Below the pieces are notes generated by a model that was given only the letters and a program-made list of their open reading frames with translations, ran no database searches and was not told where the DNA came from. A program made the position numbers and the translations under genes. DNA of 61,415 nt, counting the filler, from Basidioascus undulatus (Eukaryota): assembly GCA_000826855.1 (NCBI GenBank). It is 11 parts of 11 records of this genome, joined end to end, with 100 filler letters (N's around TTAATTAATTAA, not from the genome) between each part and the next. Parts side by side here need not be neighbours in the genome. Positions count along the whole stretch, not along the records: positions 57,836 to 61,415 come from JTLS01002379.1; 10 more parts are not named here. The stretch is one strand, 5' to 3'. Positions 60,608-61,415 of the stretch are shown here, piece after piece; the stretch's first letter is position 1, and every line of letters begins with the position of its first letter.

Positions 60608-61415
60608 TCAACCTCTCCACACTGCCCTCCCCAACTCCCTACCCCTCAAGCCCTTCCATCCCAGCACCCCGACCGCTCCAACTGCAGCAACCACCATGCC
60701 TTTCGCCAGATTTTTGATGATCCTCGCTTGGTCCTTCGAGCGTCGACGCGCGTCCGCATACCCAATGTCGGGCCGGAAGGTGACCATTTCGTAGAGCGAG
60801 AGCCAGCCAGCGTTGGCGTGCGTAGGGAAGAGGGAAGCGTAAAGCGCGGTCGGGGAGACAGACGGAGCGGGCAGGAGGTGCGAGAGGAGAGCGTCGAGCT
60901 TCTTGCGTAGGATGTACAGCGGCGTAGTCACGGAGTGGCGCATCTCGACACTGCAGTGTGGATGAGCTGTAAGAATGAGCGGATCGATAGACGAAGAAGG
61001 CTCGAAGACGCGCGTACTAGTTGTCCATTGCCAAGTCAACGATGGCGGATAAATCATCGCGCCTCGTCTCGGTATACTCTCCGAATGCTCGCGCAAGGGC
61101 AGGGTCGACGCCCTCCGCTGTCGAGGAAGAAGGCGATCGGTGTGACGAGACGGCATGGGAAGAGAGCAGGACCTGAAGGACTCGGACGTCTTCGAACCCG
61201 GCGTTCATGCCTTGGCCGTAGAAGGGGACCTAGTAGCAGCTCGACAACGTCAGCTTCCAGGGTTATGAAGCATTGCGACAGTAACGAAGCCGTGGACAAG
61301 AAGCAACAACGGACGGACCATCGAGTGCGCAGCGTCACCGAGGAGGATAACACGGTCTTTATAGTGATACGGGGAGCACTGTTGGCTTACAATTGATCAG
61401 CTACAATCGCAGTAC
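60608..61415 (-). CDS. BNA4: Kynurenine 3-monooxygenase, C-terminal part
   Basis: [52 protein letters not shown] and [19 protein letters not shown], followed by a C-terminal membrane anchor. Confidence 0.95.

Overview
GC-rich, intron-dense fungal DNA from a basidiomycete. Pucciniomycotina is plausible but is only an inference from intron style and gene families. The window is not one locus: one long contig (1-24540) is followed by ten ~3.58-3.60 kb contigs joined by artificial 100-nt N44-TTAATTAATTAA-N44 linkers, so adjacency across linkers is meaningless. Recognisable genes: a TAP-like alpha/beta hydrolase, BUD20, an amidase, an AidB-like acyl-CoA dehydrogenase ending in SKL, GDT1, an HNH-domain gene, a TauD dioxygenase, CEF1/CDC5, two MFS transporters, a CalB-like lipase fragment, a PPR protein, a SepH/Cdc15 kinase, a CHY zinc finger, Mis6/CENP-I, an MRS2-family Mg transporter, BNA4, several F-box-like genes, a degenerate Tc1/IS630 transposon and tRNA-Lys(CTT). 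The standout is an apparent circularly permuted tRNA-Thr(CGT) gene at 56653-56732 (minus strand). Its 3' half precedes its 5' half, the break is exactly at position 37/38, the leader and trailer pair like an intron, and a T5 terminator follows. Several conserved genes show single-base frameshifts, which suggests indel errors in the assembly. All calls are by eye, and exon boundaries are approximate.
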